From positions 18,262-82,261 of the forward strand of contig JYNZ01000004.1 of the NCBI GenBank assembly GCA_001567355.1: a stretch of DNA of 64,000 bases, written 5' to 3'. The notes under the pieces are model-generated. The model was not told the DNA's origin and ran no database searches. It saw only the letters and a list, made by a program, of their open reading frames with translations. Shown one piece after another: positions 9,808-20,658 of the stretch (position 1 is the first letter of the stretch; each line of letters opens with the position of its first letter). The position numbers and the translations under genes are program-made. The DNA comes from a candidate division WS6 bacterium OLB20 (GTDB lineage Bacteria; Patescibacteriota; Dojkabacteria; B142; OLB20).

Positions 9808-10011
9808 ATGGCTGCAGATACCAGTGCCGATGAGATAATCCGTTTGCAGATACCAATGCGAAAGACTATCAAGGATAAGGCCAATGATCGTGCCAAGGAG
9901 TATGGTTTCGGTTCTATCCAGGAGGTTGTGAGGCTGTTTGTCGCAGGGTTTGTTCGTGGCGAGTATGAGATCGGGTTCACCGCAAAAAAGAATGACGACA
10001 AGAAAAACTGA
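9808..10011 (+). CDS. Ribbon-helix-helix protein, DinJ/RelB-antitoxin-like.
   Basis: 'RLQIPMRKTIKDKANDRAKEYGFGSIQEVVRLFVAGFVRGE' matches the RelB/DinJ RHH pattern. No toxin gene adjacent. Confidence 0.4.
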   Translation: MAADTSADEIIRLQIPMRKTIKDKANDRAKEYGFGSIQEVVRLFVAGFVRGEYEIGFTAKKNDDKKN

Positions 10012-10038
10012 CGCTCAGGCTGTCATGCAGCGCAGGAT

Positions 10039-10722
10039 CTAGTGCGTCAGCCGGGGGATTCCCCTGTGAAGTTTAAAGTCCGGAAATTCAAGCGAGGCAT
10101 AGGCAATCACAAAACCAGCAACAATGGCCATCGCACACATGACCGAACCGATGTATCCTCCGCTTTCCCCCAGCAGCGCTACAACAATAATGGAAGAAGG
10201 GAAAAACGAAAGGTACGCGAGCAGACAGAGTTTGAGCAGGATCTGTTTGCTGCGTTCCTTCATGATGCGCATATAGTGGATGATAGCACCGATTGCAAAG
10301 CTGAGTGTCCCCAGATAGTATGCTCCCCAGCTGTAAAAGAATACTGAAGAATTACCGGCATAAAATACTTTGAGCAGACAGTTCATGTGCTCGACAAACC
10401 GGAGCGGCTCAGGCTGAACCAGAAACAGACATGCAAAAAGAACACCTGCTGCCGCAAATACTCTGGATTGCAGATTCCGCCCGGTGATCTTCTCTACAAA
10501 ATAAACGCCAAAGGGAGGCAGGAGTGAAGTCGCAAAATACGCCAGCTTGAGTCCCTCCAGGTCAAACTCAGTCAGAAGTATGACTGCCTCCCCGATCTGA
10601 TATGTTCCCAGAAAAAACAGAAATGCTGCGACAGCCTTGCGTTCAAAGTTTCCGTTGTGACAGACATACGCAGCAAGTGCGTACTCAATGAGCCCAAAAA
10701 CAAGCGGCCGGAATATGATCAT
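10039..10722 (-). CDS. Polytopic integral membrane protein, unknown function.
   Basis: 227 aa with 6-7 hydrophobic helices; no motif recognised. Confidence 0.5.
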   Translation of the reverse strand: MIIFRPLVFGLIEYALAAYVCHNGNFERKAVAAFLFFLGTYQIGEAVILLTEFDLEGLKLAYFATSLLPPFGVYFVEKITGRNLQSRVFAAAGVLFACLFLVQPEPLRFVEHMNCLLKVFYAGNSSVFFYSWGAYYLGTLSFAIGAIIHYMRIMKERSKQILLKLCLLAYLSFFPSSIIVVALLGESGGYIGSVMCAMAIVAGFVIAYASLEFPDFKLHRGIPRLTH

Positions 10723-10836
10723 GGTTGAAAATTTTTCTTATCTGATTACAGCACTCTGGCCTGAACAAGTCCAGAATTTGAACGAAGCGCATGAAAGACG
10801 GTACACTGAAAATAGATTATTTGTTAGAGAGGCAAT

Positions 10837-11268
10837 ATGGTTAAAACTCATAAAATGCTAAATGAGCTGCTTGGGACCCTCGTTGTGTTTAATCAGGGAG
10901 TTCATAATTTTCACTGGAATGTGAGAGGGCCAAAATTCTTTGTGCTGCACGAAAAGCTTGATGAGCTGTATAAGGCCAATGCGGAACATATCGATTCTGT
11001 GGCAGAACGGGTGCGCAAGCTTGGCGATACGCCAGAGTCCACGCTTGCGGGGTACCTTAAGATCTCGCTTATTCACGAGCCTCCGGTTCTTAGGGACGAA
11101 ACTGAAGGTGTTGATTTTGTGGTTGCGTCACTGCACCGGATAGCCGGTTTTCTGCGCGAACAGATTGATCAGAAAATCGATCCCGGAACAGAGAATCTGC
11201 TGACGGATCTGCTTGCAGGCACAGAAACAGCACACTGGATGTGGCATTCTTTACAGGATCTTGACTGA
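10837..11268 (+). CDS. dps: Dps (DNA-binding ferritin-like protein).
   Basis: 'LNELLGTLVVFNQGVHNFHWNVRGPKFFVLHEKLDELY...AERVRKLGDTPE' ferroxidase-centre ferritin-like signature. Confidence 0.85.
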   Translation: MVKTHKMLNELLGTLVVFNQGVHNFHWNVRGPKFFVLHEKLDELYKANAEHIDSVAERVRKLGDTPESTLAGYLKISLIHEPPVLRDETEGVDFVVASLHRIAGFLREQIDQKIDPGTENLLTDLLAGTETAHWMWHSLQDLD

Positions 11269-11403
11269 GTGACAGGTACTGTTGGAAAACAGTCCGGATA
11301 GTGTATAATGTATCAGCTAACGAAGCGATATTAGTCTCTAGTGTCTGCTTGAGTAAATCTCCCAAACTTTTGGCGTAGCGTATTTTATTTAGTTATATCT
11401 AGC

Positions 11404-11706
11404 ATGAACAACAAGCTATTTGTTGGTAACCTCAGCTGGAACATCGACAACGATCAGCTTGCTGAAATCTTCAGCGTAGCAGGTACAGTTGTTGAGGCAG
11501 TTGTGATCATGGACAGATTCAAGAACCGCTCAAAAGGTTTTGGATTTGTAACCATGAGCTCAGACGAAGAGGCTCAGAAAGCGATTGAAGAGCTGAACGA
11601 GAAAGAGTTCGATGGTCGCCCGATTCGTGTCTCTGTTGCAGAGCCGAAGAAGGAACGTGGTCCGCGAGATGACCGTTCAAACGACGGATTCAGCTTCGCT
11701 GGCTAA
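11404..11706 (+). CDS. RRM-type RNA-binding protein.
   Basis: RNP2 'LFVGNL' and RNP1 'KGFGFVTM'; 100 aa. Confidence 0.85.
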   Translation: MNNKLFVGNLSWNIDNDQLAEIFSVAGTVVEAVVIMDRFKNRSKGFGFVTMSSDEEAQKAIEELNEKEFDGRPIRVSVAEPKKERGPRDDRSNDGFSFAG

Positions 11707-11728
11707 CCCCAACCAAAAACACTTAGAA

Positions 11729-11756
11729 AGACCCGCTTTATGCGGGTCTTTTTTTG
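11729..11756 (+). terminator. Rho-independent terminator.
   Basis: GACCCGC-tttat-GCGGGTC hairpin followed by T7. Confidence 0.7.
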
Positions 11757-11830
11757 CGCTCTGAAGAACTGATTTGTGATACAAAAAAACAGCCGGCTGT
11801 GCCGGCTGTCGCGTCATTACGAAGCAGGGG

Positions 11831-12307
11831 TTATTCTATCGCAAACGGGCGGGCAAACTTTTCACCCAGTACCAGCAGGATCTCCGAGTGAAGATAATTC
11901 ATTGCTTTTTCCAGGTAGTCCTGGTGAATTGTGCCGAGGCGTTTGTCATCCTTCTGGCGTTTGCGTTCGTAGGCTCTCAGTGTGCTGACAACCCAGATGG
12001 CATCTTCAATGTCACCGGACTTGATTCTCTGGTCAAGTTCTTCGTCGAGGGTTTCGATGAGTTTGTCGGTGATCCTGACAGAGCGCTCAAGCTCAGAAAG
12101 GGCATCCCTGATCTCTTTTTTAGAAAGCGGCACACGCATGCCAAAATTATCGGCCGTTTCGACCGGGATGGAGATGGACAGGTTGCGGTGCTCGAAGTCG
12201 ATATGAAAGTATTGCTTATCTTCTTCACCAAAAGACTCCTGTGTGATCTCGGTGATTACGCCTGGTCCGTAAACCGGGTACATAATTGTGTCACCTTTCT
12301 TAAACAT
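11831..12307 (-). CDS. cdnL: CarD/CdnL-family RNA polymerase-binding transcription factor.
   Basis: 'FKKGDTIMYPVYGPGVITEI' N-terminal RNAP-interaction (TRCF-like) domain. Confidence 0.8.
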   Translation of the reverse strand: MFKKGDTIMYPVYGPGVITEITQESFGEEDKQYFHIDFEHRNLSISIPVETADNFGMRVPLSKKEIRDALSELERSVRITDKLIETLDEELDQRIKSGDIEDAIWVVSTLRAYERKRQKDDKRLGTIHQDYLEKAMNYLHSEILLVLGEKFARPFAIE

Positions 12308-12650
12308 GAATGCAGCTTAACAAATAAAAGCAGGGCAACTCACGGGGACAGTTGCAGTGTATTTTTCAGTATGTATAGGGACAGCGTTGAGAAGACATTG
12401 CGGCTTAATTATAGCACACATTGTATATCTACAGTAGACATGCAGTCCTGCAAGGGTTTAGGTATGAAATCGGGCTCAAATCACCTTAAATTTCTGCAGA
12501 CGGTATCATATATATTCAGAAAGCATCATTTTCTGCAGATTTTGGATTGTCAGACTATACAGGCAGTGTGCGCCCTGCTATAATTGACTGCCTCCGATTT
12601 GATGAGGTTATTATAAACGTGTATTTCTCATTTGATCTGACTCTATACAC

Positions 12651-14798
12651 ATGGCGAACAAGGTCGACTACAATTCTGTAAAAGATCTGCAGCACTACCG
12701 CAACATCGGAATCATTGCTCATGTAGATGCAGGTAAAACCACAACAACAGAACGTATCCTTTACTATACAGGAAAAAAGCATACTATCGGTGAGGTACAT
12801 GAAGGTGCTTCAGAAATGGACTTCATGGATCAGGAGAAGGAGCGCGGTATCACTATTCAGTCTGCAGCTACAACCTGCTTCTGGTCTCTTAATGATGTCC
12901 TCTATCGTATTAACATTATTGATACTCCCGGTCACGTGGACTTTACTGCTGAGGTGGAACGTTCACTGCGTGTGCTTGACGGAGCATGTGTGATTTTTGA
13001 CGGTAAGATGGGTGTTGAGCCGCAGTCAAGCAAAGTATGGGGTCAGGCAGACAAATATAATGTACCCCGGCTGTGCTTTATTAATAAACTTAATCTCGTC
13101 GGCGGTGACTTTGAGATGTCACTCAAGTCAATCAAGGACGAACTCAGTGAGAACGCAGTTGCGATCACCTATCCTCTTGGAATCGAACACGATCTGCACG
13201 GTTATGTCGACCTGGTTACAATGCAGGCATACACCTATGCTGACGATACAAAGCAGGACTTCAAAGAGATCGACATCCCGGCAGAAGTTAAGGACAAGGT
13301 AACGAAGATGCATGAAGAGCTGGTTGAGAAGATCGCAGAAGCAGATGATGTTCTGATGGAAAAATACCTTAACGACGGTGTGCTCGAGGTTGAAGAAATG
13401 TATACAGCACTTCGTATCCTCACGCTTGCCAGAAAAGTATTCCCCGTTACCGGTGGAGACTCGCGTATGGCAGACACCAAAGTGCTGCTTAATAATATTG
13501 TACGTTATCTGCCGAGTCCGTATCAGAAGGTATACACCTACGAGAATACAGAGACCGAAACGCTCGAGGAATACACAGGCCAGATCGTCGGCACGGATCC
13601 CAATACAAATGAGAAGCTTATCTGGGATGTGTCCCCTGACGCTAACTTCGCAGGATTAGTATTCAAGATTGCTGTTGACCCGCATGTAGGACAGATCGCA
13701 TTTGTCCGCGTCTACTCAGGTTCTCTTGAGGCGGGATCATTCATCTACAACTCATCACGTGGCAAGCGCGAGCGCGTTGGTCGTCTTCTGATGATGCATG
13801 CTAATGACCGTGAGGATATCAGTAAGGTTTCAGCCGGAGACATTGTAGCCATGGTCGGTCTTAAAGATTCGTACACAGGAAACACCGTCTGCAGCGAAAA
13901 CAACCCGATCCTTGTCGAAAGTATCGACTTCCCTGATCCGGTCGTCAGCCTTGCAATCGAACCGAAGACAAAGTCTGACCAGGAAAAAATGGGAGAAGCT
14001 CTGCGCAAACTGATGCAGGAGGATCCTACATTCAGGGCCGAGTCCGATCAGGACACCGGACAGACCATTGTCTCAGGAATGGGAGAACTTCACCTTGATA
14101 TCAAGGTGGATATCATGCGCAGAACATACGGCATTGATGTTATTACCGGAGCTCCGCAGGTAGCATACAAAGAAACAGTTGAGGGTGAAATCGAACATCA
14201 CGAAGTACTTAAAAAGCAGACCGGAGGGTCCGGACAGTTTGCAGATGTTACTATCGTCCTCTCGCCGCAGCCCCAGGGAGAGGGATATGTGTTTGAAAAC
14301 GAGATTAAAGGAGGAGCCATTCCGATGGAGTTTATTCCTTCTGTCGACAAAGGTATCCAGGAATCGCTCAAGAGCGGTATCCTTGGAGGTTACCCTGTTG
14401 TTGACGTCAAGGTCCGCCTCACAGATGGTTCGTACCACGAGGTTGACTCCAACACCGATACATTCAGAATTGTAGGTTCAAAAGCATTTAAAGAGGCGAT
14501 GCGCAGAGCAAAGCCGATTCTGCTCGAGCCTATTATGAAAGTAGTTGTATCCACACCTGACGAGTTTGCAGGCGATGTAACGGGTGCTCTGTCATCCAAG
14601 CGTGGAGTGATCAAGGGAATGAACCCGCGCGGTAAGATGCAGGAAATTACGGCATACGTTCCGCTATCGAACATGTTCGGATGGATAAACGACCTGCGGT
14701 CAATGACCAAGGGTAAGGCAAACAGTGTGATGGAATTTGGCCATTACGCCAAGGTGCCGGAGAACATTACAAATGAGGTCCTAGGCATTAAGCAGTAA
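12651..14798 (+). CDS. fusA: Elongation factor G.
   Basis: 'AHVDAGKTTTTERILYYTG', G1-G5 motifs, 715 aa. Confidence 0.95.
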   Translation: MANKVDYNSVKDLQHYRNIGIIAHVDAGKTTTTERILYYTGKKHTIGEVHEGASEMDFMDQEKERGITIQSAATTCFWSLNDVLYRINIIDTPGHVDFTAEVERSLRVLDGACVIFDGKMGVEPQSSKVWGQADKYNVPRLCFINKLNLVGGDFEMSLKSIKDELSENAVAITYPLGIEHDLHGYVDLVTMQAYTYADDTKQDFKEIDIPAEVKDKVTKMHEELVEKIAEADDVLMEKYLNDGVLEVEEMYTALRILTLARKVFPVTGGDSRMADTKVLLNNIVRYLPSPYQKVYTYENTETETLEEYTGQIVGTDPNTNEKLIWDVSPDANFAGLVFKIAVDPHVGQIAFVRVYSGSLEAGSFIYNSSRGKRERVGRLLMMHANDREDISKVSAGDIVAMVGLKDSYTGNTVCSENNPILVESIDFPDPVVSLAIEPKTKSDQEKMGEALRKLMQEDPTFRAESDQDTGQTIVSGMGELHLDIKVDIMRRTYGIDVITGAPQVAYKETVEGEIEHHEVLKKQTGGSGQFADVTIVLSPQPQGEGYVFENEIKGGAIPMEFIPSVDKGIQESLKSGILGGYPVVDVKVRLTDGSYHEVDSNTDTFRIVGSKAFKEAMRRAKPILLEPIMKVVVSTPDEFAGDVTGALSSKRGVIKGMNPRGKMQEITAYVPLSNMFGWINDLRSMTKGKANSVMEFGHYAKVPENITNEVLGIKQ

Positions 14799-14999
14799 AC
14801 GGCGCTTTTTGTAGAAATCTGCAACGCAAAAACGTTGCACAAAACACAAAAATTTGCTATAAAGACTACTCATATGTAGTGTTTTGCTGCCTGCTGCTTT
14901 ATTGAGTGTTTACTTTTTTGTATTCTGCCCATTCCCTCTGGCAGAGAAGTGACTACTCAATAAGTTCAGGCATTATTTTTAATTCTGATCCAGTTAATC

Positions 15000-16196
15000 A
15001 TGGCAGATAAAAAGTTCGAGAGAACCAAGCCCCATCTTAATGTGGGAACACTTGGTCACATCGACCATGGTAAGACTACTCTTACTGCCGCGCTGATTGC
15101 TTATGCAAAGCGCATGGGTCGTGTCTCCTCAGAAAAAGGATACGAGGAAATTGCCAAGGGTGGCGTTGTTCGCGACAAGACTAAAATTGTTACAGTTGCT
15201 TCATCTCACGTTGAGTATGAATCAGAGAAGCGTCACTACGCTCACATTGACTGTCCGGGACATAAGGACTACATCAAGAACATGATCACAGGTGCCGCTC
15301 AGATGGACGGTGCTATTCTTGTTGTTTCCGCAACTGACGGTCCTATGCCTCAGACTAAAGAGCACATTATTCTCGCCCGCCAGGTCGGCGTAGAGCATAT
15401 CGTCGTGTTCATCAATGTCTTTGATGACAATATGGACGAGGATCTGCTTATGCTCGTTGAAGAAGAGGTACGTGACCTGCTCAGCAAGTATGAGTATCCT
15501 GGCGATAAGATCAAAGTAGTAAAGGGAAGCGCACTTAAGGGTCTTAACGGCGGAGACGAGGGTGATGCAACCATGAAGGAACTTATGGATGCACTCGACT
15601 CAGAAGTGCCGGAGCCGGAGCGCGAAATTGACAAGCCGTTCCTGATGTCTGTTGAGGACGTGTTCTCAATCGAAGGACGCGGTACAGTCGCAACAGGTCG
15701 TATCGAACGCGGTATTGTTAAAGTAGGTGAGGATGTTGAGCAGATCGGTCTGATGGATGACATTAAAAAACTTACCATCACCGGAGTTGAAATGTTCAAC
15801 AAACAGCTTGACCAGGGACAGGCAGGAGACAACGTCGGTCTGCTTATCCGCGGAATCAAGCGCGACGAGATCAAGCGCGGTCAGGTTCTTGCCAAGCCGG
15901 GCTCAATCAAGCCGCATACAGAGTTTGAAGTAGAGGCATACATTCTCTCCAAGGATGAGGGTGGACGCCATACAGCATTCTTTACCGGATATAAGCCTCA
16001 GTTCTACATCAAAACAGCAGACGTGACCGGAGAGGCCACACTGCCTGAGGGAACTGAAATGGTTATGCCTGGTGACAATGCGACATTTACAGTGAAACTG
16101 CACACTCCTGCAGCTATCGAAGAAAAGATGCGTATTGCCATCCGAGAAGGAGGACGCACAGTAGGAGCAGGTGTAGTCACCAAGATCATTAAATAA
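15000..16196 (+). CDS. tuf: Elongation factor Tu.
   Basis: '[14 protein letters not shown]', 398 aa, EF-Tu domains 2 and 3. Confidence 0.97.
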   Translation: MADKKFERTKPHLNVGTLGHIDHGKTTLTAALIAYAKRMGRVSSEKGYEEIAKGGVVRDKTKIVTVASSHVEYESEKRHYAHIDCPGHKDYIKNMITGAAQMDGAILVVSATDGPMPQTKEHIILARQVGVEHIVVFINVFDDNMDEDLLMLVEEEVRDLLSKYEYPGDKIKVVKGSALKGLNGGDEGDATMKELMDALDSEVPEPEREIDKPFLMSVEDVFSIEGRGTVATGRIERGIVKVGEDVEQIGLMDDIKKLTITGVEMFNKQLDQGQAGDNVGLLIRGIKRDEIKRGQVLAKPGSIKPHTEFEVEAYILSKDEGGRHTAFFTGYKPQFYIKTADVTGEATLPEGTEMVMPGDNATFTVKLHTPAAIEEKMRIAIREGGRTVGAGVVTKIIK

Positions 16197-16204
16197 GTGT
16201 GAAC

Positions 16205-16232
16205 ACGGGGGATCCGGTATCGGATCCCCCGT
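16205..16232 (+). promoter_or_regulatory. Perfect 12-bp stem-loop between tuf and rpsJ (possible processing or attenuation site).
   Basis: ACGGGGGATCCG-gtat-CGGATCCCCCGT; no following T-run, so not a canonical intrinsic terminator. Confidence 0.4.
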
Positions 16233-16250
16233 ACACTGAAGAGAACTACG

Positions 16251-16550
16251 ATGCAAAGAATCAGAATTAAAATCAAGGGGTACGACAGCAAAGTCGTTGA
16301 CAAGGCATCACAGCAGATCATCGAGACAGCTGTGCGGAGTGGCGCTCGTACATTCGGCCCTATTCCACTGCCGACAAAACGAAGGCGGTTTACTGTACAT
16401 AAGTCTCCACATGTGGACAGTAAATCGAAGGAGCACTTTGAACTGAATACCCACAAGAGGCTGATTGACATTGTGGAACCGACGAGTAAAACGATTGACT
16501 CCCTTACACACCTGCAGCTTGCTGCCGGAGTATGGATTGAAATCAAGTAA
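16251..16550 (+). CDS. rpsJ: 30S ribosomal protein S10.
   Basis: 'MQRIRIKIKGYD...LQLAAGVWIEIK' S10 signature. Confidence 0.95.
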   Translation: MQRIRIKIKGYDSKVVDKASQQIIETAVRSGARTFGPIPLPTKRRRFTVHKSPHVDSKSKEHFELNTHKRLIDIVEPTSKTIDSLTHLQLAAGVWIEIK

Positions 16551-16619
16551 CCGTTATTTCAGAGTCTAATACAAAACTTAAACGGCATTTTGCCGCTAAG
16601 ACAGATAAGGCGAATCAAC

Positions 16620-17231
16620 ATGAAAGCGATACTAGGCGAGAAAAAACAAATGACAAGGCTTTTCAGTGACGATGGCACAGTCATACCTGTTACCATTATT
16701 GATGTTAACAGCGCAATCGTTGCAGGAACCAAAACAGTGGAGCGTGATGGATACACCGCTGCTGTAATCGGTTTTGGTAAAAAGTCTAAAGCAACAAAGG
16801 CTGAGACCGGCAAGTTCAAGTCGCTCGGCTTTGTACCGCAGGTAGCTATGGAAGCCCGTGAGTTTACACCTGAGGTGCAGTCCGGCGAAGCACTCAAGCC
16901 GACCATGTTTGAGATTAATGAAAAGATCAATATCTCGGGTATCACCAAAGGAAAAGGTTTTCAGGGAGTAGTAAAGAGATGGGGATTCCACGGAGGTCCA
17001 AAAACCCACGGTCAGTCAGACAGACACCGTGCACCGGGTTCTATCGGATCAGGTACAACACCAGGTCGTGTCTACAAGGGTAAAAAGATGGCAGGACGCA
17101 TGGGAGGAGTTACAAGAACAGTGCGCAATCTTGTTATTGTGGCTGTTGATGAGGCAAACGGTCTTATCGCTGTAAAAGGCGCTGTACCTGGAGCAAAAGG
17201 TTCTATTGTAATGATTACATCGGTTAACTAA
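16620..17231 (+). CDS. rplC: 50S ribosomal protein L3.
   Basis: 'MKAILGEKKQMTRLF' L3 N-terminus; internal start used rather than the track start 16590. Confidence 0.93.
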   Translation: MKAILGEKKQMTRLFSDDGTVIPVTIIDVNSAIVAGTKTVERDGYTAAVIGFGKKSKATKAETGKFKSLGFVPQVAMEAREFTPEVQSGEALKPTMFEINEKINISGITKGKGFQGVVKRWGFHGGPKTHGQSDRHRAPGSIGSGTTPGRVYKGKKMAGRMGGVTRTVRNLVIVAVDEANGLIAVKGAVPGAKGSIVMITSVN

Positions 17232-17233
17232 TT

Positions 17234-17973
17234 ATGCAGGCTGATACATTCACAAAAACAGGAGCAAAGGCAGGCACAAAGGTAACACTACCGGCAGTGT
17301 TTGAAGCAGAGGTCAACAATGACCTTCTGTCTCAGACGGTATATATCTACCTCAGTAACCAGCGCGAAGCAAACGCACATTCAAAGAAGCGCGGCGAGGT
17401 CAGCGGTGGTGGCAAAAAGCCTGGAGACAAAAAGGTACAGGACGTGCACGCCATGGTTCAACACGTAGCCCTATCTGGACTGGCGGTTCGGTAACCTTTG
17501 GTCCACGCAATACACGAAACTTTAAAAAGTCTCTTAGCAAGAAGATGCGCAAGGCAGCTTTTGTGAGCGCCCTCGCTACAAAGGCAGCAGACGGTAAGGT
17601 TGTTGTATTTGATGGGTTTGACCTGGCTGCAGAAAAAAAGACTGCAACTCTGGAGTCAGTTCTCGTCAAAGCAGGACTCGAAGGTAAACTACTGATTGTT
17701 CAGAGCGAAATTGATGCAAATCTGCTTATGGCAGCAAACAATCTGTATGATGTCACGGTAACGCATCTCGGCGAGGTAAATACCTATATGGTTTTAAACG
17801 CTGATGTTGTTATCTTTACAAAGGATTCAGTTGCAGCGGTTGGAGATCGTTTTGAAGTCAAAAGCGAAACACCAAAGACAGAGAAGACAGAGAAAAAAGA
17901 GAAGACAGTAGCAAAACCTGCAGCCAAGGCAAAAACTCCGAAAAAGTCTACATCTAAGGCTAAGAAAGCATAA
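17234..17973 (+). CDS. rplD: 50S ribosomal protein L4, interrupted by a 1-nt indel near 17417-17424.
   Basis: 'RGEVSGGGKKP' then, in the next frame, 'WRQKGTGRARHGSTRSPIWTGGSVTFGP' (conserved L4 core); Lys-rich C-terminal extension. Confidence 0.85.
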
Positions 17974-17975
17974 TC

Positions 17976-18264
17976 ATGAAACAGATCCTGATCAGACCAG
18001 TAATAACAGAAAAAAACGCTTACGCTTGCTAACGAGAAAAACCAGTATACATTTATGGTTGATTCATCAGCGGGCAAGATCGAGATCGGTAAGGCGATTG
18101 CAGACAAGTTTGATGTAACGGTAGAAGGCGTTCGTGTTATCAATACACTCGGTAAGATTGTGCGGTTTGGCCGCAGCCGGATTCAGGGACAGCGATCTAC
18201 ACAGAAAAAGGCGGTTGTAACACTTAAAAAGGGAGACACTATTAACATTTTCGAAATCAAGTAA
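17976..18264 (+). CDS. rplW: 50S ribosomal protein L23, with a frameshift in an A7 run (18010-18016).
   Basis: 'MKQILIRPVITEK' + 'TLTLANEKNQYTFMVD...' joined if A7 is read as A6. Confidence 0.85.
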
Positions 18265-18267
18265 GCG

Positions 18268-19137
18268 ATGGCACTTAAACTGTACAAACCGACAACTCCG
18301 ACAAGAAGGCACACTGTACTCATTGATTACAGAAAGCTGACCAAGAAATCACCGGAAAAGGCACTGACAGAAAACGTTAAATACAGTGCCGGAAGAAACA
18401 CCCGTGGCAAACAGACAGTGCGCGGCAAGGGTGGACGCGTTAAACGCAAATACCGTGTTATCGACTTTGCACGGGATAAGCACGATGTGCCTGCTACAGT
18501 TGAGGCTATCGAGTATGATCCTAACAGAACAGCATTTATTGCACTTCTAAAGTATGCAGATGGTGAGCGCCGCTATATCCTTGCGCCACAGGGACTTAAA
18601 GTTGGCGATGAAGTAACTGCAGGTGAGAAGGCGGAGATCAAGCTAGGAAACAGTTTGCCTCTGAAGAAGATCCCGGCTGCAACCTACGTCCATAATGTAG
18701 AGTTGCTTCCAGGCAAGGGCGGAACAATGGGTCGCTCTGCAGGAACCGAAATTCAGATTCAGGGAGGAGCAAAAGGCTATGTACAGCTGAAACTTCCCAG
18801 CGGCGAAATAAGGCTTGTCCGGGAGGAATGTTATGCTACAATCGGAACGCTCAGCAACGCAGACAATAAGAACAAGAAACTTGGCAAGGCAGGAAGAAAA
18901 CGGAAGATGGGTGTCCGACCGACGGTTCGCGGTGTTGCCCAGTCAGGTGCAACTCATCCGCACGGAGACGGTCAGGGTAAAAGCGGACGTCACGGTACGG
19001 GAGGACCTGCCAAGGATAAATGGGGTAACCCTGTTGGGAAGCGCACACGTCGCAACAAACGTACAAACAAATTTATCGTTCGACGCAGACCAAACAAGAA
19101 CGGTCGCAAGAGCAAGAAGTACAAGACAATTATTTAA
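18268..19137 (+). CDS. rplB: 50S ribosomal protein L2.
   Basis: L2 signature; basic C-terminal extension. Confidence 0.95.
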   Translation: MALKLYKPTTPTRRHTVLIDYRKLTKKSPEKALTENVKYSAGRNTRGKQTVRGKGGRVKRKYRVIDFARDKHDVPATVEAIEYDPNRTAFIALLKYADGERRYILAPQGLKVGDEVTAGEKAEIKLGNSLPLKKIPAATYVHNVELLPGKGGTMGRSAGTEIQIQGGAKGYVQLKLPSGEIRLVREECYATIGTLSNADNKNKKLGKAGRKRKMGVRPTVRGVAQSGATHPHGDGQGKSGRHGTGGPAKDKWGNPVGKRTRRNKRTNKFIVRRRPNKNGRKSKKYKTII

Positions 19138-19148
19138 GGAGAACCAGT

Positions 19149-19457
19149 ATGTCACGATCAAGTAAAAAAGGACCATATGTGAATGAAAAGCTGCTGAAAA
19201 AGATCGCAAAGCAGCGTGCTACAGGTAAGAATGACGCCATTAGAACATGGGCACGTTCATCTTCTATCTCTCCGGAGATGGTTGGTCTGACCTTTGACGT
19301 ACATGCAGGCAAAGAATTCATTAAGGTTTTTGTTACCGAGTCCATGGTTGGACACAAGCTTGGAGAATTTGCGCCAACCCGTAAATTCCGCGGACACAGC
19401 CGCAAGGGTAAAATCGCAAAATCAAGCGGTACAGCCGGACGTGTTTTATCTGAATAA
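19149..19457 (+). CDS. rpsS: 30S ribosomal protein S19.
   Basis: '[16 protein letters not shown]'. Confidence 0.95.
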   Translation: MSRSSKKGPYVNEKLLKKIAKQRATGKNDAIRTWARSSSISPEMVGLTFDVHAGKEFIKVFVTESMVGHKLGEFAPTRKFRGHSRKGKIAKSSGTAGRVLSE

Positions 19458-19459
19458 CA

Positions 19460-19999
19460 ATGAGTACGATCGTTTACGCTAAAACAAAATATGTCCGCAG
19501 ATCAGCACGCAAGATCCGTCTGGTTGCAGATATGATCAGGGGGAAAAACGCACAGGAGGCACTTGCAATGCTTCAGTTTGTCAACAAAGGCGCTGCTGAT
19601 GAAGTGACAAAGACCCTGGCATCTGCCATGGCAAATGCAGTACATAACAATGATATGGATAAGGATACACTGGTTGTTTCTGAAGTGTTTATTAATGAGG
19701 CACCAACATTCAGACGTGGACGTGCCGTGTCAAAAGGACGCTACCACAAGATCCTGAAGCGAAACAGTCATATTATTATCGGAGTAAGCGAACCTGGCGC
19801 AAAAAAAGAAGATAAAAAATCAGTAAAAGCAAAGGCAGCTCCTGCGGCAAAAAAAGAAACAAAGGCAACTGCAAAAAAGAAAGAAACAGACAAAACAGCA
19901 GTAAAGACTGAAAAGAAGCCCGCAAAGGCAGCTGCTAAACCTAAGGCTAAATCAACAGGCAAAAAAACTAGTTCTACATCTAAAAAGTCGACTAAGTAA
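19460..19999 (+). CDS. rplV: 50S ribosomal protein L22 with a ~70 aa Lys/Ala-rich C-terminal extension.
   Basis: L22 core followed by 'KKEDKKSVKAKAAPAAKKETKATAKKK...' tail. Confidence 0.9.
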   Translation: MSTIVYAKTKYVRRSARKIRLVADMIRGKNAQEALAMLQFVNKGAADEVTKTLASAMANAVHNNDMDKDTLVVSEVFINEAPTFRRGRAVSKGRYHKILKRNSHIIIGVSEPGAKKEDKKSVKAKAAPAAKKETKATAKKKETDKTAVKTEKKPAKAAAKPKAKSTGKKTSSTSKKSTK

Positions 20000-20649
20000 T
20001 GGGACAGAAAGTAAACCCACACGGATTCAGACTCGGTGTCAACAAAGGCTGGAGTTCTGCATGGTATGCACCGAAGAACCAGTTTGCCGACCTGTTGCTT
20101 GAAGATATCAAGATCCGCAAGTTTATCTCTGAAAAACTGCAGAGTGCAGGTGTGGACACAGTCCGCATTAAGCGCTCGATGAACAAAGTAACGATCGAGG
20201 TAACAGTCGCACGTCCGGGAGTTGTGATCGGGCGAGGAGGAGCAAGTATTGAAGAGCTGAAAAAGCAGGTAAGCAGAATGATGTCAGGTGATGTGGACCT
20301 TAAGATCTTTGAGGCTAAAAGGCCCGAGACACTGGCCCGTTTGATTGCCGAGAACATCAAAAACCAGGTAACCCGCCGTATCATGCCAAAGTATGCTATG
20401 AGCCGTGAGATTGAGAACGCACGAAACACAGGACTTGTTAAAGGTATCCGGATCTGGGTCAGTGGACGTATTCGTGGAGCTGAGATTGCCCGAACAGAAA
20501 AAGCACAGTGGGGATCAGTACCGCTGCAGACACTGCGTGCAGATATTGACTATGCATTCACAGAAGCACTGGTACCGAATGCCGGTAAACACGGAATTAA
20601 AGTCTGGGTTTACACTGGCGAAAAGAATTCAATTAGCGAGACAGAGTAA
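19999..20649 (+). CDS. rpsC: 30S ribosomal protein S3.
   Basis: 'MGQKVNPHGFRLG' KH-domain S3. Confidence 0.95.
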   Translation: MGQKVNPHGFRLGVNKGWSSAWYAPKNQFADLLLEDIKIRKFISEKLQSAGVDTVRIKRSMNKVTIEVTVARPGVVIGRGGASIEELKKQVSRMMSGDVDLKIFEAKRPETLARLIAENIKNQVTRRIMPKYAMSREIENARNTGLVKGIRIWVSGRIRGAEIARTEKAQWGSVPLQTLRADIDYAFTEALVPNAGKHGIKVWVYTGEKNSISETE

Positions 20650-20658
20650 TAACCAATC

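Noticed and set aside
11888-12583. 231 aa plus-strand ORF.
   Set aside because: Antisense to the well-supported cdnL gene; Phe/Cys-rich nonsense-like sequence with no motifs.
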